Shown one piece after another: positions 19,283 through 29,649 of a stretch of 64,000 nt of DNA; positions within the stretch are counted from its first letter, which is position 1, and the number at the start of each line of letters is the position of its first letter. A model generated the notes under the pieces. The model was not told where the DNA came from, did no database searches, and worked only from the letters and a program-made list of their open reading frames with translations. The position numbers and the translations under genes were made by a program. Source of the DNA: Polyangiaceae bacterium. Its GTDB lineage: Bacteria; Myxococcota_A; Polyangia; Polyangiales; Polyangiaceae. The stretch is taken from the NCBI GenBank assembly GCA_044376115.1, contig JBILLK010000010.1, forward strand, positions 64,001-128,000, read 5' to 3'.

Positions 19283-20320
19283 ATGTCCTCGTTCGGGCTT
19301 CGCACAGTTTCTCGCGTGCTCTTGACCGTGCTGGCTTCGTCGCTCGCAGCGTGTGCACCTTCCATGTTGCGCGTCGGCGTGGTCGACGGCGCGGTCATTC
19401 TTCACAAGGCACCGGGAAGCGAGGTGCTCTCGCTCAACGCCAATACCGGCGAGCCGCTTTCGACATGGACGCATGACGGCGCTGGAAGTGCGCCCACCAC
19501 CGTGCCAACCGACGTCTTCGGTCGCGCGGTGGTGTTGGTGCACGGGGCGAATGGCGTAGCCGTTCGCGACGCGCGCACGGGCGAGATAACGCAGCGAATC
19601 TTTGCGGCCATTGACCCGCACGACCGTCCCGTCTTGTCGCGGACCGCGATGTTCCTGCCAACCTGGGCGGGGGAGAGTTCAGTGTGGGTTGGTTTTGATC
19701 TGCAGACGGGTCGACGCAGCCTCAACTTGCGTTGCGATTCGCATGCTCCGTTGATCGCGAACGACGACGTCCTCGCAACGATGAAGGAAGGCGTCCTCGT
19801 TGGCTACAGCGCGGACGACGGCCGTGAACGCTGGCGTTCAAGCCTCGTCGTTGAACGTCCGGTGCTGATTCGCGGCAGCCATCTGCTGGCGCGGCTGGAA
19901 GATGACGTGCTCGGCGTCTTCGTCGCTAGCTCGGGGGCGCTCGCGCGCAAGCTCGAGCCCAACTCGGAGGTGTTCGGCACCGGCCTCGGCGGCGCACCGA
20001 AGCTCGTAGCGTGGGAGAACTCACTCGGAATGCTGACGAGTGAAGGGCTCACGGTCGTGGACCTTGAAACGGGTCGGAATCAGTTCCGTCACGAAGGCGC
20101 AGAATCCTGCGTTTACTCGGGGTCGAGGGTCGTGGTCTCGGTGGGAACTGAGCTGCGTGGGCTCGACGCGGCAACCGGCGCAACGCGCTGGAAGCAAGAA
20201 CTCGGCGCAAAACCTGTTGCAGTGACGGCGGACGCCCGTACCACCCTTGTTCAACTCGAGGACGCTCTCGTGGCTCTGGACGCGACCTCTGGAAAGAAGC
20301 TCTTTACGCGGCCGAATTGA
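19283..20320 (+). CDS. PQQ-like beta-propeller lipoprotein
   Basis: Lipobox LAAC; repeated D-x-x-TG-x-x-x-W motifs. Confidence 0.7.
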   Translation: MSSFGLRTVSRVLLTVLASSLAACAPSMLRVGVVDGAVILHKAPGSEVLSLNANTGEPLSTWTHDGAGSAPTTVPTDVFGRAVVLVHGANGVAVRDARTGEITQRIFAAIDPHDRPVLSRTAMFLPTWAGESSVWVGFDLQTGRRSLNLRCDSHAPLIANDDVLATMKEGVLVGYSADDGRERWRSSLVVERPVLIRGSHLLARLEDDVLGVFVASSGALARKLEPNSEVFGTGLGGAPKLVAWENSLGMLTSEGLTVVDLETGRNQFRHEGAESCVYSGSRVVVSVGTELRGLDAATGATRWKQELGAKPVAVTADARTTLVQLEDALVALDATSGKKLFTRPN

Positions 20321-20401
20321 GCAGCGCCCTAGGCGAGGCCTCGGCTTTGGGGTTGATCGCTTGGGAGAATGAGCCGCAAGGAGTAGCATCGGGAACAGCG
20401 G

Positions 20402-21724
20402 ATGCTCGGCACAGTCCTCGCCAATCGCTACAGGCTCGCTCGGATCATCGGTTCGGGTGGGATGGGCGACGTTTATGAAGCTCAGCGCATTTCCGACGGG
20501 TTCCGCGTTGCCATCAAGATTCTGCGTGAGGAGTTGGTCCGCGAGCATGAAGCTGTAACGCGTTTCCACCGCGAAGTGCGCGCGGCTGCCGCGTTGCGAA
20601 GTCCGTACGCCGCGAGGATCTTGGACTTTGGCGAGGGACCCAACCGCCAACCGTACATGGTGATGGAGTACCTCGAGGGTCGGGATCTGATGGCGGAGAT
20701 CGAGGCCCGCGGAATCATTCCCGTCGCAGAGGCCACCAACTACCTGATGATGGCCTGTGAAGCGATGGCCGAGGCCCACGACCTCGGCATCGTGCATCGT
20801 GATCTAAAGCCACCGAACCTCTTTCTCGCCAACGACAACGGCCGGCGCATCGTCAAGGTGCTCGACTTCGGTATCTCGAAGGTGAATCAACTGCTCGACG
20901 GCCACATCACCTCCACCAAGATGTCGTTCGGGTCACCGCTCTACATGTCGCCGGAGCAGATCCGTTCGACCAAGCTCGTCGACGGGCGCAGCGATGTTTG
21001 GTCGTTGGGAGTCATCTTTTACGAGGCCATCACGGGCGAGCCGCCCTTCGTCGCAGACTCGCCGAGCGGCCTCGCGGTGGTCATTTCGGTAGACGCTCAT
21101 GTTCCACCGTCCCTCCGTCGTCACGGCATCTCCAAGAAGGCCGATGAGATCGTCGAGCTTGCGTTGCAAAAGGATTGGGCCAAACGCTACCAAAGCGTGC
21201 GCGCGCTCCACAGCGCCCTTGGCGAACTTGCTCGCGAGCTCGCTGTGGCGGATCCCGAGACGGCAGCGGACTCGCGCCGCTTCACCGACTCGCGGCGTGC
21301 GGCAGAGGTTGGGGCGGCTTCCCCCGGACGCATGACGCTGGGCCCAGCCACCACCGATCCGCCGGAGACTTCACCGCAGAACGAGCGGCTCGGAAGATTG
21401 GCCGCCGCCGTATTGATACCGTTCGGGGCGATCGCCTTCGCCTTCACGATCTGGCTCTACATGAATCGCCGACCATCCGAAGAGTCGACAAGGTCGGTGG
21501 CGGCGAGCGGTGCACTTTCAGCTGAGGCTCCGGCGTCGAGTCCTGTGCTTACCGCCGCCGCACCTGTTGTAATGAGCGCTCCCAAAACGACCGCGAGCGC
21601 GCAAGCCAGCTCGAGCGCAGCCGCTACAGCAGCGTCCTCGGTTGCGTCGGCGAAGGTGAAAGCTACTCCCCCCGGCTCGAAGAAGAAGACGAAGGAAAAG
21701 CCCAGCCCAGGCAAGCTTCGTTGA
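20402..21724 (+). CDS. Hanks-type Ser/Thr protein kinase, single TM
   Basis: GSGGMG, VAIK, HRDLKPPN, DFG, YMSPEQ and SDVWSLG. Confidence 0.95.
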   Translation: MLGTVLANRYRLARIIGSGGMGDVYEAQRISDGFRVAIKILREELVREHEAVTRFHREVRAAAALRSPYAARILDFGEGPNRQPYMVMEYLEGRDLMAEIEARGIIPVAEATNYLMMACEAMAEAHDLGIVHRDLKPPNLFLANDNGRRIVKVLDFGISKVNQLLDGHITSTKMSFGSPLYMSPEQIRSTKLVDGRSDVWSLGVIFYEAITGEPPFVADSPSGLAVVISVDAHVPPSLRRHGISKKADEIVELALQKDWAKRYQSVRALHSALGELARELAVADPETAADSRRFTDSRRAAEVGAASPGRMTLGPATTDPPETSPQNERLGRLAAAVLIPFGAIAFAFTIWLYMNRRPSEESTRSVAASGALSAEAPASSPVLTAAAPVVMSAPKTTASAQASSSAAATAASSVASAKVKATPPGSKKKTKEKPSPGKLR

Positions 21725-21755
21725 GCTTGTGCCAGCTAAATCGCGGAAGGTAGCC

Positions 21756-23039
21756 TCAGTTGCGTAGGACCACTTCGTAGGCCTTGGCCAGCGCAAAGTC
21801 CTTCCCCGTGGATGGGTTTTGAGGAACGTCGGAGAGGCGCACTGTGGGTTGCGCGGTTGAAGCCGGTGCAACTACCACTTCTTGATTCGGCCTCGATGCG
21901 ACCTTCGCCTCGGCCTCGAGGTGACCATCCAAATCGCGCTCGCGGATTGGATCGGTCGCTTTTGCAGGTTGGATCAAGACGTCGGGATCGATGCCTTGCG
22001 CCTGTATGGCCCGCCCGTTGGGCGTGTAATAACGCATGGTGGTGAGCCGTAGACCTGCGCCCCCGGGCAACTCGAAGATCGTCTGCACTGAGCCCTTACC
22101 GAACGTGACCGTGCCTACGACCTTGGCGCGCCCTTGATCCTGCAACGCACCAGCGACGAGCTCGGCGGCGCTGGCGGAGTACTCGTTGACGAGGATCACC
22201 ACTTTTGCACGAGACAGCGCGCCGCCGGCCGTCGCCTCAACCACGTCAAGCACGCTACCGCGATGACGAGTCGAATAGATCACGCCCCGCGGCATGAACT
22301 CATCGGCGACGAGCTCCGCTTGATCGACGAGCCCGCCGGGGTTGTAGCGCATGTCGAGCAAGACCCGCTCGATCGGCGCAGGGGACTGTTTGCGTAGATC
22401 GGCGATCACGCGCAGCAGCTCCTCATGCGTGGACTCCTGAAATTGCTTGAGCCGAATGAAGGCGACTCCCCCCTCGAGCCGCTTTCCCTCCACGCTCGCT
22501 ACGCGAACGATGGCCCGCGTGATCTCGAGGGCGATCGGCTCGTCAACGCCACTGCGCCCGATCAAGACGCGCACTGTCGTTCCGGGCTCGCCGCGCATCA
22601 GGTCCACGATGCGCTCGATCTTCGTCCCTCGCACCGGCCGACCATTGACCGCGAGGATCTGATCGCCCGGGAGAACGCCGGCCTTGGCAGCTGGAGAGCC
22701 GTCGATTGGAGCAACCACCGTGACCCGGTCGTCTCGCACGTCGACCTCGACCCCGATGCCTGCGAACTGCCCCTCGGTATCGCTCTGAAACTCCGCAAAT
22801 TCCTCTGGGTTCATGTAGCTGGAGTGCGGGTCGAGCTCAGAGACCATGCCGCGCATAGCCCCGTCGAGTAGGCGTTCGCGATCGGCCGGCTCGACATAGC
22901 TCTGCTCGACCATCAGCAGCACCCGGGCCATTTGATCAAAGGGAAGGTACGGACTGGTGGGCTCGGGCTTGGCCAACCCAGTAGAAGGGCTCGAAAGTAC
23001 TGCAACCACGCCGCCCAACACCGCCCAAACTCGTGCCAT
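21756..23039 (-). CDS. ctpA: S41 carboxyl-terminal processing protease with PDZ domain
   Basis: LDPHS, GIG, SPA (PDZ), DMRYNPGG, SASAAE, GKGSVQ and YYTPNG. Confidence 0.9.
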   Translation of the reverse strand: MARVWAVLGGVVAVLSSPSTGLAKPEPTSPYLPFDQMARVLLMVEQSYVEPADRERLLDGAMRGMVSELDPHSSYMNPEEFAEFQSDTEGQFAGIGVEVDVRDDRVTVVAPIDGSPAAKAGVLPGDQILAVNGRPVRGTKIERIVDLMRGEPGTTVRVLIGRSGVDEPIALEITRAIVRVASVEGKRLEGGVAFIRLKQFQESTHEELLRVIADLRKQSPAPIERVLLDMRYNPGGLVDQAELVADEFMPRGVIYSTRHRGSVLDVVEATAGGALSRAKVVILVNEYSASAAELVAGALQDQGRAKVVGTVTFGKGSVQTIFELPGGAGLRLTTMRYYTPNGRAIQAQGIDPDVLIQPAKATDPIRERDLDGHLEAEAKVASRPNQEVVVAPASTAQPTVRLSDVPQNPSTGKDFALAKAYEVVLRN

Positions 23040-23294
23040 GGCCCCATGCTACTCCCCACAAAGCCCAAACGCCCCGGAATTGCGGGGATTTGCAGGGAGC
23101 GCAAGAATTCGGGGCCGAACCGAAGAAGCACCCAAGGGAGCGAAGAGCTTGTTTGTCCAAGTGATCGTGTTCGGTTATCGTCGCGCTCTCGCCGATACGG
23201 CTTGCCAACCCGGTTGTGGGAAGGTGGACGTGCACGATGCCGGAAAGATGCGCCGGCCATGTTGTTCGTCCCGGATCGTCGTGAACGTGAAAGC

Positions 23295-23882
23295 ATGGGA
23301 GGCGCTTCCGACCGTGAACTCATCGACCGCGCAAGAGGCGGTGATACAGACGCGTTCGGACTATTGGTTCGTCGCCACCAAAGACGGATCTACAGGCTGG
23401 CGGCACACATGCTGCGCAACGCGTCAGAGGCCGAGGACGTCACCCAGGACGTATTCGTCCGCGCCTTCCAGGCCCTCGACCGCTTCGATGGCCGCAGCGA
23501 ACCCTTCACGTGGCTTTACAGGATCGCCGTGAACCTCTCGTTGAACCAGATCCGCTCGAAAAAGACGCGGGGCCGAACCACCGGCGGGGATGATCCTCGC
23601 ATGTTGTCGGTGCTGGCCGAGACCAAGGCCGGGATGAGTAGTGACCCTGCCGAAGACAGCGAGAACCGGCAGATTGCTGAGGCGCTCTACAGCGGCGTCG
23701 ACAAACTCTCAGAGAGCTTGCGAACGACGCTGATTCTCGTCTGCGTCGATGGGCTCTCTCACGAGGACGCAGCGCAGATCCTCGGCTGTCCCGAGGGGAC
23801 CATCGCTTGGCGCGTCCACGAGGCGAGGCGCAAACTCAAGGCGCACATGTCCGATCGTGGCTTTGGAGGCGAGACCGAATGA
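23295..23882 (+). CDS. ECF sigma-70 factor
   Basis: AEDVTQDVF, FTWLYRIAVN and EDAAQILGCPEGT..R...AR. Confidence 0.92.
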   Translation: MGGASDRELIDRARGGDTDAFGLLVRRHQRRIYRLAAHMLRNASEAEDVTQDVFVRAFQALDRFDGRSEPFTWLYRIAVNLSLNQIRSKKTRGRTTGGDDPRMLSVLAETKAGMSSDPAEDSENRQIAEALYSGVDKLSESLRTTLILVCVDGLSHEDAAQILGCPEGTIAWRVHEARRKLKAHMSDRGFGGETE

Positions 23883-25246
23883 ACTCCCCCAAAGACAAGC
23901 TAAGCCAGCTTTTTGACCGCACCGAGGTCAAGCCGCCGCCGAGTGTGCAGCAAGCCGACGCAGCAGGCTGGGATGACTTCGCAGAGCGAGTTGTACGTCA
24001 GATCAGTGTGCGTTCGCGTCCTCAGCAGGAGGACGTGGACCAATGGTTGGCGCCCCCCCTGCTCGAAGCAGAGGACGGGGAACCGCGCCTTGCAACAAGC
24101 AACGAGTCCGTTAGAACGAGCCGTAACACAGGAGCAGCGACCATGTCTGAAAGTGACCGTCCGAAACCCTCAATCAAACGCCCGAGCCTGAAAGAGCTGG
24201 CCGAGCGGGTTTCGAAGGCACCGCCGCCGTCGGTACAGACGCCTCTGCCGGTTTCGCGTGCCGCGTCGCCAAGCGAAAGCGCTCCGGCCAGCCTGGCGCC
24301 GAAGAGCCTTGCGCCTGCGAGCGTCGCACCGCCGAGCCTTTCAGCGCGCGCACCTGCGAGCGTCGCGGCTCCTAGCGTCGCGCCTGCGAGCGTTGCACCA
24401 GCGAGCGTTGCCGCTCCTAGCGTCCCGCCGGCGAGCGTTGCGCCAGCGAGCGTCGCGCCGCCGAGCGCGGCAGCGCCCAGCGAAGCGGCGGCCAAGGTCG
24501 TTGCGTTGCCAGTGAAGAAGGTCGAGGAGGAGAAGTCCGGCGGCTCGATGACAGGGCTGTACATCGCCGCCGCTGGGCTCGCTGCGGCAGCAGGCTTGTT
24601 CTTCTTCCTTCGCTCGTCAGACAACACCCAGCCAAAGACGGCAGCTCCGAAGGCTGAGGTAGTGGAAACGACCACCGCACAGGCTGCGACCACAGCCACC
24701 GCAGTCGAGACGGCGGCTCCTGCACCTGCAGCGGAGAAAAAGGATGACGGCGCGCTTGATCTTGCCGATCTCGCGTCCGACTCAGCGGCCCCGGCAACCG
24801 AGCCAGTTCCCGGTTCAACAGGCGCTGTCGCTCAGTTGGGCCCGGACGCAGCCAAGCCGGAGCGGCCGGTGAAGATCGAGATGGAGGGCACGCTCGAGGA
24901 CAAGATGAAGGAGACGGTGGGCCCAATCGAAGAGAAGACGGCGGCCGTGCCAGCAGCAGGTGAGGTAGTTCCCAAGAACGTCCCAGACCAGCCGCCGCAA
25001 GGTTCGGTAACCGCAGCCGTTGGCAAGGTCATGGGCTCGGCCAAGGCCTGCGTAGCGGGCGCCGATGAGCCTTCACGCGCGACCATCACCTTCGGCTCTT
25101 CTGGCGCGGCACAGAACGTCAGCGTCGGTGGTTGGGCAGCCAAGAACCCTTCCGCTTCATCGTGCATTCAGGGCGCGTTGAAGGGAGCGAATGTTGGGCC
25201 CTTCTCCAAGCCGACCTACTCCTTCAGTGTGACGATTCGTCCCTGA
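23879..25246 (+). CDS. Putative anti-sigma or membrane protein with PxSVA repeats, TM helix and AgmX/TonB-C-like C-terminal domain
   Basis: ATGA overlap with the ECF gene; TM LYIAAAGLAAAAGLFFFL; C-terminal domain with two Cys. Confidence 0.6.
   Translation: MNSPKDKLSQLFDRTEVKPPPSVQQADAAGWDDFAERVVRQISVRSRPQQEDVDQWLAPPLLEAEDGEPRLATSNESVRTSRNTGAATMSESDRPKPSIKRPSLKELAERVSKAPPPSVQTPLPVSRAASPSESAPASLAPKSLAPASVAPPSLSARAPASVAAPSVAPASVAPASVAAPSVPPASVAPASVAPPSAAAPSEAAAKVVALPVKKVEEEKSGGSMTGLYIAAAGLAAAAGLFFFLRSSDNTQPKTAAPKAEVVETTTAQAATTATAVETAAPAPAAEKKDDGALDLADLASDSAAPATEPVPGSTGAVAQLGPDAAKPERPVKIEMEGTLEDKMKETVGPIEEKTAAVPAAGEVVPKNVPDQPPQGSVTAAVGKVMGSAKACVAGADEPSRATITFGSSGAAQNVSVGGWAAKNPSASSCIQGALKGANVGPFSKPTYSFSVTIRP
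24283..24483 (+). repeat. Imperfect 15-bp coding tandem repeat encoding P-x-S-(V/L)-A pentapeptides
   Basis: Recurring cc(t/g)gcgagcgt(c/t)gc units; protein reads PASLA PKSLA PASVA PPSLS...PASVA. Confidence 0.8.
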
Positions 25247-25282
25247 CGTTCGCGAGGCCCGCCGCCAGCGCCGCCGATGCAG

Positions 25283-26977
25283 CTATCGGTAGGCGCCTCG
25301 GCGGGTCGCTCCGGCTAGCGCCGCACGCAACGCGGCGAGCGCCGCTAGCGCCTCAAGCAGCTCGCTCGGGTTCGTGACGACGGAGCTTCGTACCAGGCGC
25401 AATTGCGGCCCCTCGAGCGAGAGGCCGGGCCAACGAGACGCCGCCTCTTGGATGCGTGCCTGAGCCGTCGCTGCGTCCAACAGCTCTGCGCCCAGTGGCA
25501 TCGTAACGACCGTCTCCTGAGCCTCGCCGTCGTTGGACCAGGTCGTCTCGATTTCGACCTCCGTGTCGTCCCAGGCGAAGGAGCGCAACGAGAGACTGCC
25601 GACTTCAAGCCGTGCGCGGTGCACCGCGGCGAACTCCTGCCACGCCGGTAGCAGCGCGGCTGCACGGGCCGGCGGCGGAACGTCAGCGATCGTTCGGTCG
25701 AGGAGCCGAGCCAACTCGAGCACGTTGGTTGCGACCTCGAGCAACGTGTTGGTGCGCTGGGAACCGCGCGGGAAGCGGACGAGACAGGAGCTGTCATCGA
25801 CTTCGAACGACTCGAAACGGCTGAGCACTGCGACCAGTGCGGCGCCGCAGAACGGGGCGACTTGCGGTTCCTCGCGCGCCGAAACGAAGAGCCCCTCGAC
25901 CGGCGATTGCTTGAACAGCCGAAAGCCGTCGGTCCAATCCGACCTGCGCATACGCAGCTCAATCCCAAGTGAGGGCCACGAGAGTTTGCCCTCCAAACCG
26001 AACTCCCCCGTAACCCCACGCAACTCCACGCTCACGTTGCCGACGGTCTTGCTCAACAGCTGCGCGTTACCGCTGAAGGTCATGGCCAGTCTACTACCAA
26101 CCTCCGCCCAAACACGCAGCTGGCGCTCTTCACCGATGGGCGGCAGCGCGACGACGGGCGGCGCGCTCTGGAGCGTCGCCATCTCCACCGGGATCTGCAA
26201 GCGCAGCGGCGCACCACGCGAGAATTCGGCGCTCAACTCGAAGACCCAGTGAATGCGAGAGAGCGACAGCTCGAGACTCGGGACCTCATTGGCCGGGACA
26301 GCAACCGAAAACAGCAAGCGTCGACCGGCTTGTTCAGGCTGGCCCAAGGTCGCTTCGTAGCGCCTGAGGATCGCGGGGGAGCCGCCGACTGCACGGGTTG
26401 GCGTACTCATGATCAGTAGCCCTGCCCGCAACCGTTTGGGGACGAGCGAGATCGATACGGCGCCCTGAACTTCGCCGCCAAGCGCAAGTGCCCCCGGGTC
26501 GAGCGTGGCCTCCATGTATGGGTCTCCCTGCTTGGGCCCATCCGAATGCGTGGCAAAAACCTTTGCGCCGCGCGGGTTGGCCGGCACGAGTCTTGGACCG
26601 AACTGCAGCGCAAAGTTCTCCTCCAGTGTGAACCACCATGGGATTTCAACCCGGACGGTCAGTGTTGCGCTGACGCTCGTACTTCCCTCAAACGTGGGGG
26701 GCAGATTCCCTGGCAGATCGAAGAGGACCGAGATCCTTTTCGTACCTGGCTCGAGCACCTCCGCTCCGAAGGTGGCCTCGAGCCGAATGAGCTCAACGAC
26801 GACAGCGGACGACTCTTGCCCCGCCGCGACACGTCGCTCGCTGACCGCCAGCGTAACGACGATTCGCTTAACGGGAGTGCGACTCTTGCTCGTGAGGGCA
26901 AGCCACACTGTCAGCCTGTCACCTGCCCGCGGCACAGCAGGTGAGGTCTTCACATTGAGCTTGGGTTTGCGTCGCAC
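25283..26977 (-). CDS. Hypothetical protein with arrestin-N-like beta-sandwich domains
   Basis: FDLPGNLPPTFEG...VRVEIPWW pattern; 564-aa ORF; start uncertain. Confidence 0.55.
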   Translation of the reverse strand: MRRKPKLNVKTSPAVPRAGDRLTVWLALTSKSRTPVKRIVVTLAVSERRVAAGQESSAVVVELIRLEATFGAEVLEPGTKRISVLFDLPGNLPPTFEGSTSVSATLTVRVEIPWWFTLEENFALQFGPRLVPANPRGAKVFATHSDGPKQGDPYMEATLDPGALALGGEVQGAVSISLVPKRLRAGLLIMSTPTRAVGGSPAILRRYEATLGQPEQAGRRLLFSVAVPANEVPSLELSLSRIHWVFELSAEFSRGAPLRLQIPVEMATLQSAPPVVALPPIGEERQLRVWAEVGSRLAMTFSGNAQLLSKTVGNVSVELRGVTGEFGLEGKLSWPSLGIELRMRRSDWTDGFRLFKQSPVEGLFVSAREEPQVAPFCGAALVAVLSRFESFEVDDSSCLVRFPRGSQRTNTLLEVATNVLELARLLDRTIADVPPPARAAALLPAWQEFAAVHRARLEVGSLSLRSFAWDDTEVEIETTWSNDGEAQETVVTMPLGAELLDAATAQARIQEAASRWPGLSLEGPQLRLVRSSVVTNPSELLEALAALAALRAALAGATRRGAYR

Positions 26978-27009
26978 GTTGAGCTTTGTTCTGTATACTC
27001 TTCGCTCCC

Positions 27010-28413
27010 GTGAGTGACGACCACCTCAACCTACCGGCAGGCACGACGCTCGACGGCAAGTGGTGCATCGAGGGCCTGCTTGGAGCAGGCGGGATGGGCA
27101 CCGTATTCCGAGCACGCCACGTTCGAAATGGCCGTGAAGCGGCGATCAAAGTGCTTCACCCGATGGTCGCGGCAGACCCTTCGGCCAAGGAACGCTTTCT
27201 TCACGAAGGCTATGCGGCCAACCAAGTGGGGCACCCCGGTACCGTACAAGTCCTCGATGACGGCATTGCGCGCGAGGGCGCCTATCTCGTCATGGAGCTC
27301 CTCGAGGGTGCACCCGTTGACAAGCTCGCAGAGACCAACGGCGACGTTTTGCCGCTACCAGCGATGCTCTCGATCGTTGATGCGTCGCTTTCGGTGCTCG
27401 CGGCAGCTCACGAAAAGGGCATCATCCATCGGGACTTCAAGCCCGAGAACCTGTTTCTGACTTCGGACCGCCAGCTGAAGATGCTCGACTTCGGTCTTGC
27501 CCGCGTTCGCGAAACCACGACCGGGATGCGACTCACGGCGACGGGCGTGCCGATGGGCACACCAGCTTTCATGCCGCCCGAACAAGCTTTGGCGCATTGG
27601 GACGAAGTAGACGCGCGCAGCGACATCTATGCGGTGGGCGCTACGATGTGGACGCTCCTCACCGGCCAGCTCGTTCACGACGCGCGCACCGCCCCGGAGC
27701 TTTTGGTGATGGCTTCCACCAGGCAAGCCCCGTCGATCCTTACGAAGTATCCCTCGTTGCCTCCTGCAATTGCTGCGGTCGTCGACCGCGCGTTGGCGTT
27801 CAATCGGATGGCTCGCTACGCCAACGCCGGAGAGATGAAGCTCGCGTTGAGTCGAGCGGTCCACGAGTCGGGGATGACCTTCGCTCCGCTCGCCGCGGCT
27901 GAGCTCACCGGCCCCGCGACGCATGATCCGTCGGAGAACCCAACCACGCCGAAACAGCGAGCCGCTGCTGCTTTTCAGCCGACCGCAACGGTGGCGCCGA
28001 TCACCACGGATAGCCAGAGCGCACGCAAGAGCAAAGCTCAGGTCTACGTGATCATGGGCATCGCGGCGTTCGCTGGGGTTGCGGGCGGAGCAGGCTTCTT
28101 CTTCTTTGGCGCCGCTCGGAACAACTCCCCGACCACATCCACAACGCTCTCCGCCGACGAGACGCCACCGTCCACTTTGCGATCAGCTTCGACCTTGGAG
28201 GTGAGCGCTGCACCAAGTGGCGAACCAACGCCGACGGTCTCAGCGAGCGCCCAACCAACGGTGTCGGCGGTGGTTTCGGTCTCGCAACCAACCGCGAGCG
28301 CTGTAGTGCGCACGACGGCCGCGCCCAAGACGGCCACGCCCGTTGCCACGTCACAACCCACGGCTCCGCAGCCTCCGAAGAAGTGCGATCCGTTCAAAGA
28401 GTATTGCAAGTAA
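27010..28413 (+). CDS. Hanks-type Ser/Thr protein kinase, single TM
   Basis: GAGGMG, AAIK, HRDFKPEN, DFG, GTPAFMPPEQ and SDIYAVG; start assumed at GTG 27010. Confidence 0.95.
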   Translation: MSDDHLNLPAGTTLDGKWCIEGLLGAGGMGTVFRARHVRNGREAAIKVLHPMVAADPSAKERFLHEGYAANQVGHPGTVQVLDDGIAREGAYLVMELLEGAPVDKLAETNGDVLPLPAMLSIVDASLSVLAAAHEKGIIHRDFKPENLFLTSDRQLKMLDFGLARVRETTTGMRLTATGVPMGTPAFMPPEQALAHWDEVDARSDIYAVGATMWTLLTGQLVHDARTAPELLVMASTRQAPSILTKYPSLPPAIAAVVDRALAFNRMARYANAGEMKLALSRAVHESGMTFAPLAAAELTGPATHDPSENPTTPKQRAAAAFQPTATVAPITTDSQSARKSKAQVYVIMGIAAFAGVAGGAGFFFFGAARNNSPTTSTTLSADETPPSTLRSASTLEVSAAPSGEPTPTVSASAQPTVSAVVSVSQPTASAVVRTTAAPKTATPVATSQPTAPQPPKKCDPFKEYCK

Positions 28414-28454
28414 CGCCGGGCAATCGCGCGACCAAGGCCGCGTAGCTCTGCGCG

Positions 28455-29423
28455 TCAGAACTGCCCGAGCACTCGCAGTCCGGAGCTGCTGCCGTTGGAG
28501 AAGAAGGAGAGCGCTGCCTTCGCCCCGGGCGCACTCGGCGTTCCGTCATCGTCGGTAGCTTCCAACACGAAGAAGGTCACGGAGAGCCCGCTGGCGATGC
28601 CTGCAGCAACCCAGAGAACGGCGTTGGAGATATTGAGACCAGCGTCGGGCGCCTCAAGAGTGGAGTCATTGAGGCATTCACCGCACTTATCAAGCCAGAC
28701 TGCACTCGTTGCGGCGACACCACCCCACGCCGCAACACCGATGCCGAACGTGATCCACGCAGGCAACGCCCAGTCGGTGTCGTTGCTCGCTGGCACCGGC
28801 GTTGGGCCTGGGCCTGGCTTGGGGTCTGTCGTCTGCTGTGCGGCGCCGGCCAACAGCTCGACCGTCACAACCCCGCGCTCAACGGTCACTTCTTTTTCTT
28901 CGCGCTCGGCGCCCAACGTGGCGACTACGACGTGTTTGCCCACATCGACTGCGAATGGGGCTCCAGGATCTGCCGCTTCACCGTCGATGGTGATAGCCGC
29001 GCCGTTCGCTCGGGGACCTACTTGCACGACGATCTTCGGCAGCTTGTCGGCAATCGAAGAGGCACCACCCTGGGCCAGGATCTGCGCGGTTGAATCGCCC
29101 TGCGAGCGCGCGAGGTCTGCAGCTTGCTGCCAGGTCTTCAACGCCACTCGCATGCGCCCTCGCGCTTCCTCACAGCGCGCGAGGTTGAGCAAGGGACTCA
29201 GCGATTTCTCCGCGGCAAAGCTCTGCTCAAACTTGGAGCACGCCTCGGCGTAGAGCTTTTGATCGCCACTCGCCTTTGCCTTATCGAGCAGCTCCAGCCC
29301 TTCTTTGAACAGCCTTTCCCCATCACTTGCCTGAGCAGCAACGGGAAGAGCAACGATGGTTACGGCCACCAAAAGGAGGAACGGCAGCAAACGAAAGAAG
29401 GGGACCGACACGGGCGGAAGCAT
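28455..29423 (-). CDS. Secreted TPR plus PEGA-like protein with C-terminal TM segments
   Basis: ACSKFEQS..LLNLARCEE..G TPR; ITIDG..VDVGKHVV PEGA-like segment; hydrophobic C-terminus. Confidence 0.7.
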   Translation of the reverse strand: MLPPVSVPFFRLLPFLLLVAVTIVALPVAAQASDGERLFKEGLELLDKAKASGDQKLYAEACSKFEQSFAAEKSLSPLLNLARCEEARGRMRVALKTWQQAADLARSQGDSTAQILAQGGASSIADKLPKIVVQVGPRANGAAITIDGEAADPGAPFAVDVGKHVVVATLGAEREEKEVTVERGVVTVELLAGAAQQTTDPKPGPGPTPVPASNDTDWALPAWITFGIGVAAWGGVAATSAVWLDKCGECLNDSTLEAPDAGLNISNAVLWVAAGIASGLSVTFFVLEATDDDGTPSAPGAKAALSFFSNGSSSGLRVLGQF

Positions 29424-29649
29424 AGAAGCGCACAGCAACCGCCGTCCACACGACATTCAACCTAAGCTTGATCAAGCAATCAGAACTTCGAGAGAAACGG
29501 CCGAAGGCTCGCTAAGGCCCGTCGGTCCCGACTTGCCGCGAGTCATTCCGCCGAAGGTGGATGCAGCAAAACAGAACGAGCCGCGAGAACGCCGCCCTCG
29601 AGAGAGTGGACGGAGTCCCGCAGCGTCGCTTGGCACGAGCGCGTTGCGG

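Noticed and set aside
24283..24483. Repeat array considered as CRISPR
   Set aside because: 15-bp in-frame coding units without spacers, and no cas genes.
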